Shown one piece after another: positions 9,605-19,088 of a DNA stretch of 64,000 nt (positions within the stretch are counted from its first letter, which is position 1; each line of letters opens with the position of its first letter). Under the pieces are notes generated by a model, which saw only the letters and a list, made by a program, of their open reading frames with translations, did no database searches and had not been told where the DNA came from. The position numbers were made by a program, and so were the translations under genes. The DNA is from Acidobacteriota bacterium (lineage in GTDB: Bacteria > Acidobacteriota > Blastocatellia > Pyrinomonadales > Pyrinomonadaceae): positions 14,107 to 78,106 of the forward strand of contig JAEZIT010000120.1 of the NCBI GenBank assembly GCA_023436495.1. Reading direction: 5' to 3'.

Positions 9605-11575
9605 CTATTTGCGGACCAGCACAACGGGTGTCTGCTCGGCGTCCATGATCTTTGTATAAAATTCGCGGACCGCAGAATATTTTTCGGCAGGAACCGAAGT
9701 TCGTTTTGTGATCAGTGAACGCGTATAGAACAGCTTGCCGTCCTTTACTTCGTATTTCGTGTCATATGTTCCGAACGGCATTGCGAGGTTTACCGCGTCC
9801 GGCATCTCATCGACGTCAAACCCGGCAGGAAGCTCGAATACGACATTCTCGGTGAACGAATTCGACTCGAATTCGATCCGGTGCTTACGTGCCTTTTCGG
9901 TTAGATACATACCGCGTGTGCGGCTCGCGACCGCGGGTTTGAAAACAAGCAGCCTGTTCTGCATAAGCTGCCCGTAACTTGGAGCGAAGAACTCTATATC
10001 AAGTTCGAATTGAGCGCTGGCGTGTTTGTCCACGGGCTCCAACTTCTGCAGGCGTGCCGCCGTTGCTCCTCGCGTCAGCCACCGCTCGATCGACTTTCTG
10101 AAGTCGTCTCGCGATACCGACCGGAACATGGTTCGCGGAGCCCTCGATTCCTGTCCGCTCACGCGCTCCATGATCTTGCCGGTAATGCTGCCGTCCGGCC
10201 CGAGTACAACGTTTGTATGTCGGTTCCAGGCATTGAACTCCGGAGGCGTGACGGGCATTTCAAAAATGCCGCCTTTATCACCCGCGACGACCAATGCGTT
10301 GCTACCCTGAAGATAATCCGGCAGATCGCCGACAGGTGTGTATGGGTCGGTAGCGTCAAAGATCAGCAACCGCCCCAGGCTCGGGTGTTTGACGACCGTC
10401 GCTGCTTCGGTTCCGTCGGATACCGCAACCGCGATGATACAGTGATTGAACTGACGCGGTGAGGCCCATTCCTTTCTGACAAATGTTGGATCGCCCGAAT
10501 AGATGATGATCGGAAAAGATTCGATCTTTAACGCGCGAAGCATTGCCCGCATCAGATTAGCCTTGTCCTTACAGTCTCCGTAACCGCGATTCATTACAAG
10601 GTCTGACGCCCGCGGCTTCATGCCGTTGCCGTAGCCAACGCCGATGTCGATCGAGATGTATTGCAAATTCTGAACGAACGTACCGATCGCGGCGATCTTC
10701 TCCAGTTCCGTTGTTTTTCCTGCTGTCAGCTCCCGAGCTTTTCCCGCGATCTCGTCATTTATCACGACCTGAGGGTCGTAGAGCTGCGTTGCCCAATTCG
10801 ACACTTCCAACCAGTCGGTGAAGGCCTTGTTCACCGCCATGTTCTTGTCTGCCGGCGCAAAATTTACGGCAATGCGCGGTACTAGGTTGGCGAATGATGG
10901 GCTTAGCGGTTCATAAGGGATCGGCGGAAGGTCGCGAAGTTCCCATACATGCGTGTTCCCGGAAACGGTTGGAGAGACCTCCGCACGATTGAACGTAAGG
11001 CTTGAAACATTCCAGCCCTGAGGAAGTGTCAGCGAAAACACCGAGCGTAGCGTCGGCCGGCTTTCCTGGAACAAGTACTGAAGCTGATAGAAGAGCGGTT
11101 TGTCCTCGGTCGTGTACGAATAGGCGAAGACATAGCCGATGTCCGCTTCCGATGCCGCACTGATTATCTTTACCCGGCCTTCATCGTAGACATCGTCCGG
11201 GTCCGAAATACGGTCGATCGTCTCCTTTTTGCCGAATTCTTTGACCGCGCCGCCCGGTGCGATCAGCCATGCCTGGAAATCCTTGATCTGGCTGAACTTC
11301 GCCAGGTAAAACGCATGCGCTGCGGCTTCGCGAATGCCTTCTTTATTCAGCACGCGCAATGCTTGCCTTTCCGTCGTGACAATTTTCCCCGACGAATCAA
11401 AGGTTACCGTTTCATCACGATACAGGATCACCGACGGCACGTCCTTTTCGTACGTCGGCACCGTGGTCTTCATCGCCTGCTGCACCCAAGCCGGTGCGGA
11501 CGCGGCAAACGCCGGAACACCGCAAATGAACATCGTGAGCAAAATAACCAGAGCCTTTTTCTTAATAAATTCCAT
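9605..11575 (-). CDS. Secreted DUF3857 / transglutaminase-like / DUF3858 protein (catalytic triad present)
   Basis: Signal peptide. Transglutaminase-core Cys motif GYGDCKDKANLMRAMLRAL, followed by His (FNHCIIAV) and Asp (IFDATD). Confidence 0.85.
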   Translation of the reverse strand: MEFIKKKALVILLTMFICGVPAFAASAPAWVQQAMKTTVPTYEKDVPSVILYRDETVTFDSSGKIVTTERQALRVLNKEGIREAAAHAFYLAKFSQIKDFQAWLIAPGGAVKEFGKKETIDRISDPDDVYDEGRVKIISAASEADIGYVFAYSYTTEDKPLFYQLQYLFQESRPTLRSVFSLTLPQGWNVSSLTFNRAEVSPTVSGNTHVWELRDLPPIPYEPLSPSFANLVPRIAVNFAPADKNMAVNKAFTDWLEVSNWATQLYDPQVVINDEIAGKARELTAGKTTELEKIAAIGTFVQNLQYISIDIGVGYGNGMKPRASDLVMNRGYGDCKDKANLMRAMLRALKIESFPIIIYSGDPTFVRKEWASPRQFNHCIIAVAVSDGTEAATVVKHPSLGRLLIFDATDPYTPVGDLPDYLQGSNALVVAGDKGGIFEMPVTPPEFNAWNRHTNVVLGPDGSITGKIMERVSGQESRAPRTMFRSVSRDDFRKSIERWLTRGATAARLQKLEPVDKHASAQFELDIEFFAPSYGQLMQNRLLVFKPAVASRTRGMYLTEKARKHRIEFESNSFTENVVFELPAGFDVDEMPDAVNLAMPFGTYDTKYEVKDGKLFYTRSLITKRTSVPAEKYSAVREFYTKIMDAEQTPVVLVRK

Positions 11576-11587
11576 TTAGTCCCCCGA

Positions 11588-13609
11588 TCAGTTTTGCTTA
11601 AGTGTGATTGTGTGCGTGTCGGCCTTATGAAACGTATCAAAAACAGTTTTCAGTACCGGATACGACGTTGCCGGGAAGATAAGAGACGAGTGATTTCCGA
11701 AATAGAACTTGCGCTTGTATATTAGGGTGTTCGCAGATTTATCGTGCTGCATGGAAATATCCAGCAGGCCGATCTTCGAAGCATCGCTAAGTTCGCCTGG
11801 CGAGTCCGCATTGTCGAGTTCAAAACCCGCGGGCAGTTTTATCACGATCTCGTCGTCATGTGACCATGGGTACTGAAAATAAACGCTGTACTGTCGCGTC
11901 GAGCTCGAAAAGACTGAGGATGGCCCGTACTCGAAAAATCCCGGTTGAACGAATAACCGCTTTCCGGTCTTTTGCGCATAATTGGGCATACTTATTTTAT
12001 AACGCTGGACAAGCGGTTTTGAGATGTCCATTACATTTTCGACAGAAACCTGCGAAACCTCTGCGCCCGCAAGCCTAACCTTGACCGATTCCTTAAGCGA
12101 TTCACTTAGTTTGTCGGCGGTCTCATCCCAATTGGCCTGCCTATAGCTGATGGCTGGCTGGCCTGTAAACTCGACGACAACATCCCCTTCCAACGTGCCG
12201 TCATCCTTTAAAGTAAATTTGCCGGAACGTCTATATCTGTTCTCGGGATGCTTCGCCATCGGAGTGTTCGTCCACAAAAACTCCTTTTCGTTGATCAAAA
12301 GCCCCCACGAATCCTCATCGTGCCACGGCATCATTCCAAACGGGACGAACGGATCACCCGGATTAAGATACTGAAATTTATCAGGTCCCGTTCTTATTGC
12401 AATAGCGGAAAAATGAAGCAAATGTTCATTCGCCATCTTCGGATCGAAGAACATACGGCTCCTATTACCGGTGAATGTCAGTCGAACGTCGAGGCCCTGC
12501 GAAATCGCCATTGACGCGAACAAATAATCAATATATCCAGGCAGCGCGGACTGTTTCTTGTCCAATAATTCATCCAGGCTCTTTATTCTGGTCAGCTTAG
12601 CGCGTGCCTCGGCAGTGATGGACGGGTCGTAGTAGAGGTTTTTGACCTCGGAACGAACAAAATCGAACAGCCGCCGTGCTTTCTCCTCGTTCGTCGTGGC
12701 CCCGGCAACCGCTGCTTCCGCTGCACGCTTCACGGCTTTGGTTGGTTTAAGAAACCCGTTAAATATCGCGCCCTTTTGGCTGGCGAATGCCGCCCAGTAC
12801 TTCTGGGGATTTGACGGGTCTTTGACTACGTAAGTTAATCCAAACGCACTGGAACTAACGACCGAAAACCGATCCGAGGTCAGGAGCAGCCACGGACGCA
12901 CCGAATCTTCGGGCGGCATGCGCGGTTCTTCCCTGAATGCAGGTACGTTAGTTCGTTCGGCGAGCCAAAACCCCTTCGCGTCCTTCTTGAACGTAAAGTT
13001 GCTGATGTTGTACGCCTGGTATTGCGGTTCTTTGGAATTATAGGGCTTGTAAAGATAGGTAAGGCGCTGCACCGGAAGATCCCGCTGAAGCGGGAGGCGC
13101 ATGCCCGAGGCTCCGTCTTCGTCCACTGCCTCTTTGTACTTATATTCAATGATCACGCCTGGTTCGATATTTGGAACGGCAAACGACTTCGCTTTGATCT
13201 TGACACCGCCGGCTTTAATAATCTCGCGGTCAAAGATATCAGCTGCGGCGATCTCGACCGTTGAGCCGTCGGCCTTGATCACACGTGCGGCAAGGTTTTT
13301 GATCTTTGTCCCTTTTGCGTAAGGGATATCGAATTTGCTGTATTTTTCACGGCCTCGCTCGGTGTATATCTTTACACGTACGTAATGCCACATATCGAGG
13401 TCGGTCGAGTCGCTGTCGTCGATGCGCATTTCCCAGAAAAGGGCTTCAGCATCGGCATCAGACTCAACCTTTGGGTTTTTCGCGGCGAGTTCATCCGGGG
13501 AAACGGGATTCCATTCCTTGTACTGTGCAAGGACGGCAGAGGATAAAAACAAAACGGCAAGCGCCGGTACAAACGTAAACAGCAGTTTTCTGCGGGCTGA
13601 TGAGAACAT
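11588..13609 (-). CDS. Secreted DUF3857/DUF3858 transglutaminase-like paralogue lacking the catalytic Cys
   Basis: Signal peptide and the same overall length and layout as the downstream gene. The position equivalent to GDCKD reads PGYIDYLFASM, with no Cys. There is a 12-nt gap to the next gene. Confidence 0.8.
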   Translation of the reverse strand: MFSSARRKLLFTFVPALAVLFLSSAVLAQYKEWNPVSPDELAAKNPKVESDADAEALFWEMRIDDSDSTDLDMWHYVRVKIYTERGREKYSKFDIPYAKGTKIKNLAARVIKADGSTVEIAAADIFDREIIKAGGVKIKAKSFAVPNIEPGVIIEYKYKEAVDEDGASGMRLPLQRDLPVQRLTYLYKPYNSKEPQYQAYNISNFTFKKDAKGFWLAERTNVPAFREEPRMPPEDSVRPWLLLTSDRFSVVSSSAFGLTYVVKDPSNPQKYWAAFASQKGAIFNGFLKPTKAVKRAAEAAVAGATTNEEKARRLFDFVRSEVKNLYYDPSITAEARAKLTRIKSLDELLDKKQSALPGYIDYLFASMAISQGLDVRLTFTGNRSRMFFDPKMANEHLLHFSAIAIRTGPDKFQYLNPGDPFVPFGMMPWHDEDSWGLLINEKEFLWTNTPMAKHPENRYRRSGKFTLKDDGTLEGDVVVEFTGQPAISYRQANWDETADKLSESLKESVKVRLAGAEVSQVSVENVMDISKPLVQRYKISMPNYAQKTGKRLFVQPGFFEYGPSSVFSSSTRQYSVYFQYPWSHDDEIVIKLPAGFELDNADSPGELSDASKIGLLDISMQHDKSANTLIYKRKFYFGNHSSLIFPATSYPVLKTVFDTFHKADTHTITLKQN

Positions 13610-13845
13610 ATTCTTAAGTTGTGTTAGGTCCTTTGGGTGAAACGCCCTTTTGAGCTGGTCGGAGAGGGCATTCCGGGGAAATCTGGAGACTACGGGCAGT
13701 CTCCTACTTTATGGTGCGAACAGTCTATACGAATACTTCCAAATAATCCAATAAAATTCTTACTTTCCGTAAAATGTCACTGAAATGTGACATAATTCCC
13801 GACTTCGCTTAGAATTCATAGAAACCCATTTATTCGCAGGAGATA

Positions 13846-14925
13846 ATGATGTCAGTCGATTTTAGTAAAATTCAGGAGCTGTTAGGCTCCGAATCGGAAA
13901 CACTTTTAAATCACGTATCAAAAACCATCCCCAAGGAAGATCTTCATCTCCCCGGCGGCGATTTTGTTGACCGTGTCGTGTCGCAATCGGACCGCAATCC
14001 GTCTGTAATGCGCAGTATGCAGACGCTGTTCGGCAACGGCCGCTTGGCCGGCACGGGCTATGTGTCGATCCTTCCGGTCGATCAGGGCATTGAGCATTCA
14101 GCCGGTGCGAGCTTTGCACCGAACCCGGCGTATTTCGACCCCGAGAATATTGTAAAACTCGCCATAGAAGGCGGCTGCAATGGCGTTGCCTCAACGTACG
14201 GCGTTCTCGGTTCGGTCGCCCGCAAGTACGCGCACAAGATTCCATTTATCGTTAAGATCAACCATAACGAACTGCTGACCTATCCCAACAGATTCGACCA
14301 AGTGATGTTCGGTACGATCGAACAAGCCCGCAATATGGGGGCGATCGCCGTCGGCGCAACTATCTATTTCGGGTCGGACGAATCCACGCGGCAGATAACC
14401 GAGGTTTCCGAAGCGTTCGCCTACGCGCACGAATTAGGAATGGCGACGATCCTATGGTGTTATCTTCGCAATCCCAAATTCAAGACGGCCGAAGGCGACA
14501 TGCACACCGCCGCCGACTTGACGGGGCAGGCGAACCACCTCGGCGTCACGATCCAGGCCGATATAATCAAGCAGAAGCTGCCGGAACGCAACGGAGGTTA
14601 CAACGCCCTGAATATCGAGAGCAGCTATGGAAAAACAAACAAGAAGATCTATGACGAGCTAACATCCGACAATCCGATAGACCTCGTTCGCTACCAGGTG
14701 GCGAACTGCTATATGGGACGTGCCGGCCTGATCAACTCGGGCGGCGAATCCAAGGGCTCAGGCGATCTTGCAGATGCTGTCCGGACGGCAGTAGTGAACA
14801 AGCGTGGCGGTGGTACCGGACTTATCTCGGGCCGCAAGGCCTTCCAGCGTCCAATGGCAGAAGGCGTCGAACTGCTGAACGCAATACAGGACGTTTATCT
14901 GGCAAAAGAAGTTACAGTCGCATAA
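13846..14925 (+). CDS. fbaB: Class I fructose-bisphosphate aldolase (DhnA/FbaB type)
   Basis: [20 protein letters not shown] and the overall ~350-aa DhnA-type pattern. A Lys-containing IVKINHN strand is present. Confidence 0.8.
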   Translation: MMSVDFSKIQELLGSESETLLNHVSKTIPKEDLHLPGGDFVDRVVSQSDRNPSVMRSMQTLFGNGRLAGTGYVSILPVDQGIEHSAGASFAPNPAYFDPENIVKLAIEGGCNGVASTYGVLGSVARKYAHKIPFIVKINHNELLTYPNRFDQVMFGTIEQARNMGAIAVGATIYFGSDESTRQITEVSEAFAYAHELGMATILWCYLRNPKFKTAEGDMHTAADLTGQANHLGVTIQADIIKQKLPERNGGYNALNIESSYGKTNKKIYDELTSDNPIDLVRYQVANCYMGRAGLINSGGESKGSGDLADAVRTAVVNKRGGGTGLISGRKAFQRPMAEGVELLNAIQDVYLAKEVTVA

Positions 14926-14970
14926 ATAACTTTGCCTGCGACAAAGGCCGCCTAAATTCGTTCCAAGAAA

Positions 14971-15010
14971 AACCACGTGCCGGAATCGTGTTCCTGTACG
15001 TGGTTTTTTC
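14971..15010. terminator. Bidirectional intrinsic terminator between convergent fbaB and MBL genes
   Basis: Hairpin AACCACGT-gccGGAAtcgtgTTCCtgt-ACGTGGTT, flanked by an A-run on the left and TTTTTT on the right. Confidence 0.6.
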
Positions 15011-15071
15011 CTCTTCGATAAACTGGAGAGATGTTTTTGTTTCGTTCAGCAGGCTTTGCTGGCGAAATCAT

Positions 15072-15971
15072 CTATTTCCTCGAATAGCTCTGATAAACGA
15101 TCTCGATCCACATGTCCGTCTTAATAAATCCCTTACCCCACGACGAAAATTTTTCTGGCAGCCCGGCTTTCTTGATGTCTTCCAGCGATCTTCCGGCTTT
15201 CATTTCCTTTTGAACATAATCGGATGTGTCGATCAGAACTTGGCGAAATGATCTCAGGTCATCAAGTGTCGCCAAGCCGCCGTGGCCGGGGATCAATTTG
15301 GCGTCGGGCGGTATCAGGCGGATCAGCTCCGTTACGTTGTTGATCACACCCTGAACGCTGCCGCCGCTGGCAAGGTCAACGAAAGGGTACATCCCGTTAA
15401 AGAAGTCGTCGCCCAAATGCACGACCTTTGCGTTATCAAAGAAAATGACCGAATCGCCGTCCGTGTGGCCGTTCGGAAAGTGGACGACACGTACGGTTTC
15501 GCCGTTCAGATGGATCGAAACGCTTTCGGTATAGGTCAATACCGGCAGCGCGAAGGCCGGATATGCCGGTGTCTTTTGTCCGAAAATGATCGGCGGATCC
15601 ATCATGCGCTTGCGGACATTTATGTGGGCCACGATCGTGGAATCCTTCCCAAAGTAGAAATTCCCCTCAGTGTGATCGCCGTGCCAATGTGTGTTCAGAA
15701 TGAACCGCGGCCTGTCCGAGCCGAGTTCCTTTAACGCAGCGGCAAGCTTTTCGCTTACAACTTTATAATCGTCATCTACGATCAGGATCCCTTCCGGCCC
15801 GACCAGAGCTCCGATGTTCCCGCCGCGGCCTTGCAGCATATAAACATTGCCTGAAACTTTGGTCGTCTTGACCTGAACATCCTGCCTGTTCTCAAAATGA
15901 CTATCATCACCATGTCCGAATGCGGCCATCGAAAGACCCGCGACCAACACCATTGTCAAAACGAATCGCAT
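15072..15971 (-). CDS. Secreted MBL-fold metallo-hydrolase
   Basis: Signal peptide, HxHxDH motif (NTHWHGDHTEGN), and later His/Asp ligands (GHTDGD, PGHG). Confidence 0.85.
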   Translation of the reverse strand: MRFVLTMVLVAGLSMAAFGHGDDSHFENRQDVQVKTTKVSGNVYMLQGRGGNIGALVGPEGILIVDDDYKVVSEKLAAALKELGSDRPRFILNTHWHGDHTEGNFYFGKDSTIVAHINVRKRMMDPPIIFGQKTPAYPAFALPVLTYTESVSIHLNGETVRVVHFPNGHTDGDSVIFFDNAKVVHLGDDFFNGMYPFVDLASGGSVQGVINNVTELIRLIPPDAKLIPGHGGLATLDDLRSFRQVLIDTSDYVQKEMKAGRSLEDIKKAGLPEKFSSWGKGFIKTDMWIEIVYQSYSRK

Positions 15972-16000
15972 ATTACCCTCCGTTTGTTATGTGTATGCGT

Positions 16001-16693
16001 TTAAATGTATCTGCCCGTGCCAACCTGATACAGCCCCGTAAGGAAAGGGTTCGAGGCCTTTTCACGCCCGACTGTCGTCTCCGGCCCGTGGCCCGAATAT
16101 ACCGTGAAATCATCTCCGAGGCTCAGTATATTCGTATTTATAGAATCTAAAAGTTGTTCATAATTTCCGCCCGGCAGGTCAGTCCGCCCGATCGAACCCT
16201 GAAACAAGCAGTCACCGACAAAGACCCTCGCGTGATTTTCTTCCGCCAGCACAACATGGCCGCGCGTGTGTCCCGGACAGTGACGTACGGAAAATTTGAG
16301 CTCGCCTACTTCGTACAACTCATTGTCCGCCCAATTTCGCGTCAGCGGCGGCGGATCGTCGTAATCCATCCCTAGGGGCTTCAATTGGTGTGGCTGCAGT
16401 CCCATCATCAGCGGCTGCTTCGGCAGGCCGTAATACAGGTCTTCATCATCCGTGTGCAGAATTATCTCCGCATCCGGGAACGCCGCGTGAAGGTCTCTCG
16501 TGCCGCCTACGTGATCGAGATGCCCGTGCGTTAGCGCGATCGCCTGAAGCTCAAGCCCGCTGTTCCTGATAAATTCGGCAAGCCGAAGCGAGCTTTCGCC
16601 CGGGTCAATACAGATCGCTTTACGCGTTGCCGAACACGCGACGACACGAGTATTTTGCTGGAACGGAGTCAGAACGAACGTCTCAATGATCAT
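16001..16693 (-). CDS. MBL-fold hydrolase, hydroxyacylglutathione hydrolase (GloB)-like
   Basis: LTHGHLDHVGG motif, CPGHTRGH, and GDCLFQGSIGRTDLPGG, which is typical of the YcbL/GloB-like group. Confidence 0.85.
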   Translation of the reverse strand: MIIETFVLTPFQQNTRVVACSATRKAICIDPGESSLRLAEFIRNSGLELQAIALTHGHLDHVGGTRDLHAAFPDAEIILHTDDEDLYYGLPKQPLMMGLQPHQLKPLGMDYDDPPPLTRNWADNELYEVGELKFSVRHCPGHTRGHVVLAEENHARVFVGDCLFQGSIGRTDLPGGNYEQLLDSINTNILSLGDDFTVYSGHGPETTVGREKASNPFLTGLYQVGTGRYI

Positions 16694-16976
16694 ATTTCAA
16701 CATTGCATCGATATATGGGCCAGGTTCGAAATCGCCGTCGCTGCGTGTCCTGAGAATGAAGGCGATCGCTTCTCGGTATGATCTCGAATCCGGCCTGCCC
16801 GGAAAACACGGCGTTTCTTCGTCCGTAAGACTGAGGTATGTTACAAGACAGCTCAGCAGCATCCACGTCAGAATGTCCTCACGCGTGCCGATCGGATTGA
16901 ACTTGACTATCGACTCGCTGTCCGCCTTTATTCCACTGCAGATACGTGCAAATTCGGCTTCGGTGATCAGTGCCAT
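16683..16976 (-). CDS. Hypothetical protein (97 aa)
   Basis: Co-oriented ORF overlapping the downstream MBL gene by 11 nt, consistent with an operon. No motif recognised. Confidence 0.45.
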   Translation of the reverse strand: MALITEAEFARICSGIKADSESIVKFNPIGTREDILTWMLLSCLVTYLSLTDEETPCFPGRPDSRSYREAIAFILRTRSDGDFEPGPYIDAMLKYDH

Positions 16977-17147
16977 CGGATATTAATTAGAACATAAATC
17001 GAAAATCATTCACAGTGAACTAAAATGAGACACGTTTTCTAACCGAACACAGGCGATGTACGAAATAATTACAACGACCATACAATGGCAAAACCGCCGA
17101 ATGCCGTAATTCCAGCATTTTTAACGAACATGGCATAGCGGAAATTT

Positions 17148-17163
17148 TGGCACACTGCTTGCT
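17148..17163 (+). promoter_or_regulatory. Candidate sigma-54 (-24/-12) promoter
   Basis: TGGCAC-ACTGC-TTGCT matches the TGGCAC-N5-TTGCW consensus exactly in sequence and spacing. It lies in the largest ORF-free gap of the window. Confidence 0.4.
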
Positions 17164-17174
17164 AATAAGAGCGT

Positions 17175-17612
17175 GCATATCGGAAGAATCATACGGATTT
17201 ACGGTAGGACAACTGAAGTTGAAAAAATGACGAGCAAGGGAAGGTAAGGTGTTAGCGAACGCTGATACCGATTACGAGCAAGGGAACGCGAAACTTCGGT
17301 AAGTGAATCTGATGTGTTAAAGAACAGGCCGGCTTTTTCGGGAAAATCTTCGTAGTGTGGGCACGAAGAAATCAGCCGGCCTGTATCTCAACAAATTTGG
17401 GGAACGATCAGTTTCCGTCAGTCCTCGGCACCGCTATTCGCGGCCAAGGACAACTTAGGATCGATCTTTGAAAATCGAAATTCGGGAGTCTTTCATTTCT
17501 TAACTTTATAGGGTGAACAAAATCTACATCTATCTCATATCTCAGATAGCTTTCGAATAGCGATTTTCATAGTAAATGCCGGGGCCATCATCTTCGATGG
17601 TCCCGGTTTTTA
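17175..17612 (+). ncRNA. Candidate ~440-nt non-coding transcript (sigma-54 promoter to intrinsic terminator)
   Basis: No ORF of 60 aa or more on either strand across 16990-17600. The promoter-like site is upstream and a strong terminator is downstream. The region contains an internal long hairpin and direct repeats. Family unknown. Confidence 0.25.
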
Positions 17613-17615
17613 TAT
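17579..17615 (+). terminator. Intrinsic terminator (plus-strand polarity; abuts the GNAT stop codon on the other strand)
   Basis: CCGGGGCCATC-atcttc-GATGGTCCCGG (11-bp stem with one G:U pair) followed by TTTTTATATTTT. Confidence 0.6.
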
Positions 17616-18056
17616 TTTCTCTTCGTACATTAAATATATCGATTCATTCATTCCGACGTTTTCATAAACCCTTTGAGCATGTGTATTGTCCTTTTCGACG
17701 TACAGCCTGAATCCGCACACGCCGCCTTTTTCGTCCGACAGCTTTTTTACAAGATCATACATTGCGCTGTAGATATGCTTGCCCCGATGTTCGGGCAAAA
17801 TATAAACGCTCTGTATCCACCAAAACCATTTATTCCGCCAATCGCTCCACTCGTATGTCACCATCAATCCGCCGACGATTTGTTCTACATCTTCAGCGAC
17901 GATATAAAATCCTTTCGCAGCGTCGCTGAAGACCGCCGAGACCCCGCTTCTTAAAGTCTCAGCGTCGAGTCTTTTTCCTTCGGTTTCGAGGGCCATTGCC
18001 TGGTTAAATTCAACCAATGCAGCGGCGTCGCGTGCTTCCGCGAGACGGATGTTCAT
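17610..18056 (-). CDS. GNAT family N-acetyltransferase
   Basis: 148 aa. Acetyl-CoA binding region (IQSVYILPEHRGKHIYSAMYDLV) with the R/Q-x-x-G-x-G/A-like motif. Confidence 0.85.
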   Translation of the reverse strand: MNIRLAEARDAAALVEFNQAMALETEGKRLDAETLRSGVSAVFSDAAKGFYIVAEDVEQIVGGLMVTYEWSDWRNKWFWWIQSVYILPEHRGKHIYSAMYDLVKKLSDEKGGVCGFRLYVEKDNTHAQRVYENVGMNESIYLMYEEKI

Positions 18057-18128
18057 ATTTGCTTCCTTGACGAAATCGGGTCGCCGCCGTAACCTAATAT
18101 GTTTTGCCGAACGGCCGGACGTTTATAT

Positions 18129-19088
18129 ATGGATCTTCGCATACTCTATCACGGAAACTGCTTTGACGGAGTTTCATCGGCAGCTATCTTCACCAAATTC
18201 TACCACTCGGTCGTTGACCCCGCAGCCAACGTGACGTATGCGCCGGTAATGCACCGCGCAGGAAACGCCTTCGACCGCGAATTGTTCGACGGCGATGAAA
18301 ATGCGATCGTCGATTTTAAGTACTGTGCCGATGACCGGCTGACGTGGTGGTTCGATCACCACCAATCCGCGTTCTTATCCGAAGCGGACGAACGCCATTT
18401 TCGGGAAGATACCAGCGGCAAAAAATTCCTGGATATCCACAGCGCGTCGTGCGCCGAATTCATTGCCCGTGTGGTTAAAGAGAGGTTCGGATTCGAAGAC
18501 GAGTCGCTCGCAGAACTGATCGAATGGGCGCACATCATCGACGGCGCATTTTATGAATCACCGGCACAATGCGTCGAACTGCGTTCGCCGGCGCTCAAAT
18601 TGATGCAGGTGATCGAAGGCGAAAAAGACCCTGCGTTCGTTGAGCAGATCATTCGAATGCTAACGCACAGTTCCTTGAACGAGATTGTCGAAAGCGAGGA
18701 GATCCAAGCAAAGCTGAAACCCATCCTGGAACAGCATTGGGCCACCGTCGAACTCATCCGCGAACGCGCAATCTACGATCGCGGCGTCGTCAGCTTCGAC
18801 CTGACTGACACCGGCATCGATGGCTACAACAAATTCATTCCTTACTATTTCTATCCGGAAACCACATACAACGTGGCATTGACGCAGAGTACGTTCAGGA
18901 CCAAGATCTCGGTCGGTTCTAACCCTTGGGCTCCGCGTCCGCGGCTCCACAACATTGCCGAGATCTGCGAACGCTACGGTGGTGGCGGACACGCCGTCGT
19001 CGGAGCCGTCTCGCTCAAACCCGAGGAGCTCGAATTAGGACGTCGGTATATGAATGAGATAATTGAAGAGCTGCGATTCGAGGACTAG
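18129..19088 (+). CDS. DHH/DHHA1 family phosphoesterase (NrnB-like)
   Basis: N-terminal ILYHGNCFDGVSSA, DHH motif (WWFDHHQS), and C-terminal GGGH motif (YGGGGHAVVGAVS). The ATG at 18129 is preferred over the track start at 18099. Confidence 0.8.
   Translation: MDLRILYHGNCFDGVSSAAIFTKFYHSVVDPAANVTYAPVMHRAGNAFDRELFDGDENAIVDFKYCADDRLTWWFDHHQSAFLSEADERHFREDTSGKKFLDIHSASCAEFIARVVKERFGFEDESLAELIEWAHIIDGAFYESPAQCVELRSPALKLMQVIEGEKDPAFVEQIIRMLTHSSLNEIVESEEIQAKLKPILEQHWATVELIRERAIYDRGVVSFDLTDTGIDGYNKFIPYYFYPETTYNVALTQSTFRTKISVGSNPWAPRPRLHNIAEICERYGGGGHAVVGAVSLKPEELELGRRYMNEIIEELRFED

Noticed and set aside
16990-17600. A known structured RNA (tRNA, tmRNA, RNase P RNA, SRP RNA) in the large ORF-free gap.
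   Set aside because: I found no T-loop GGTTCGAATCC-type sequence, no RNase P GAGGAAAGUCC core, no tmRNA tag-ORF/acceptor features and no SRP GGAA/AGCA apical motifs. The region is therefore reported only as an unclassified candidate.
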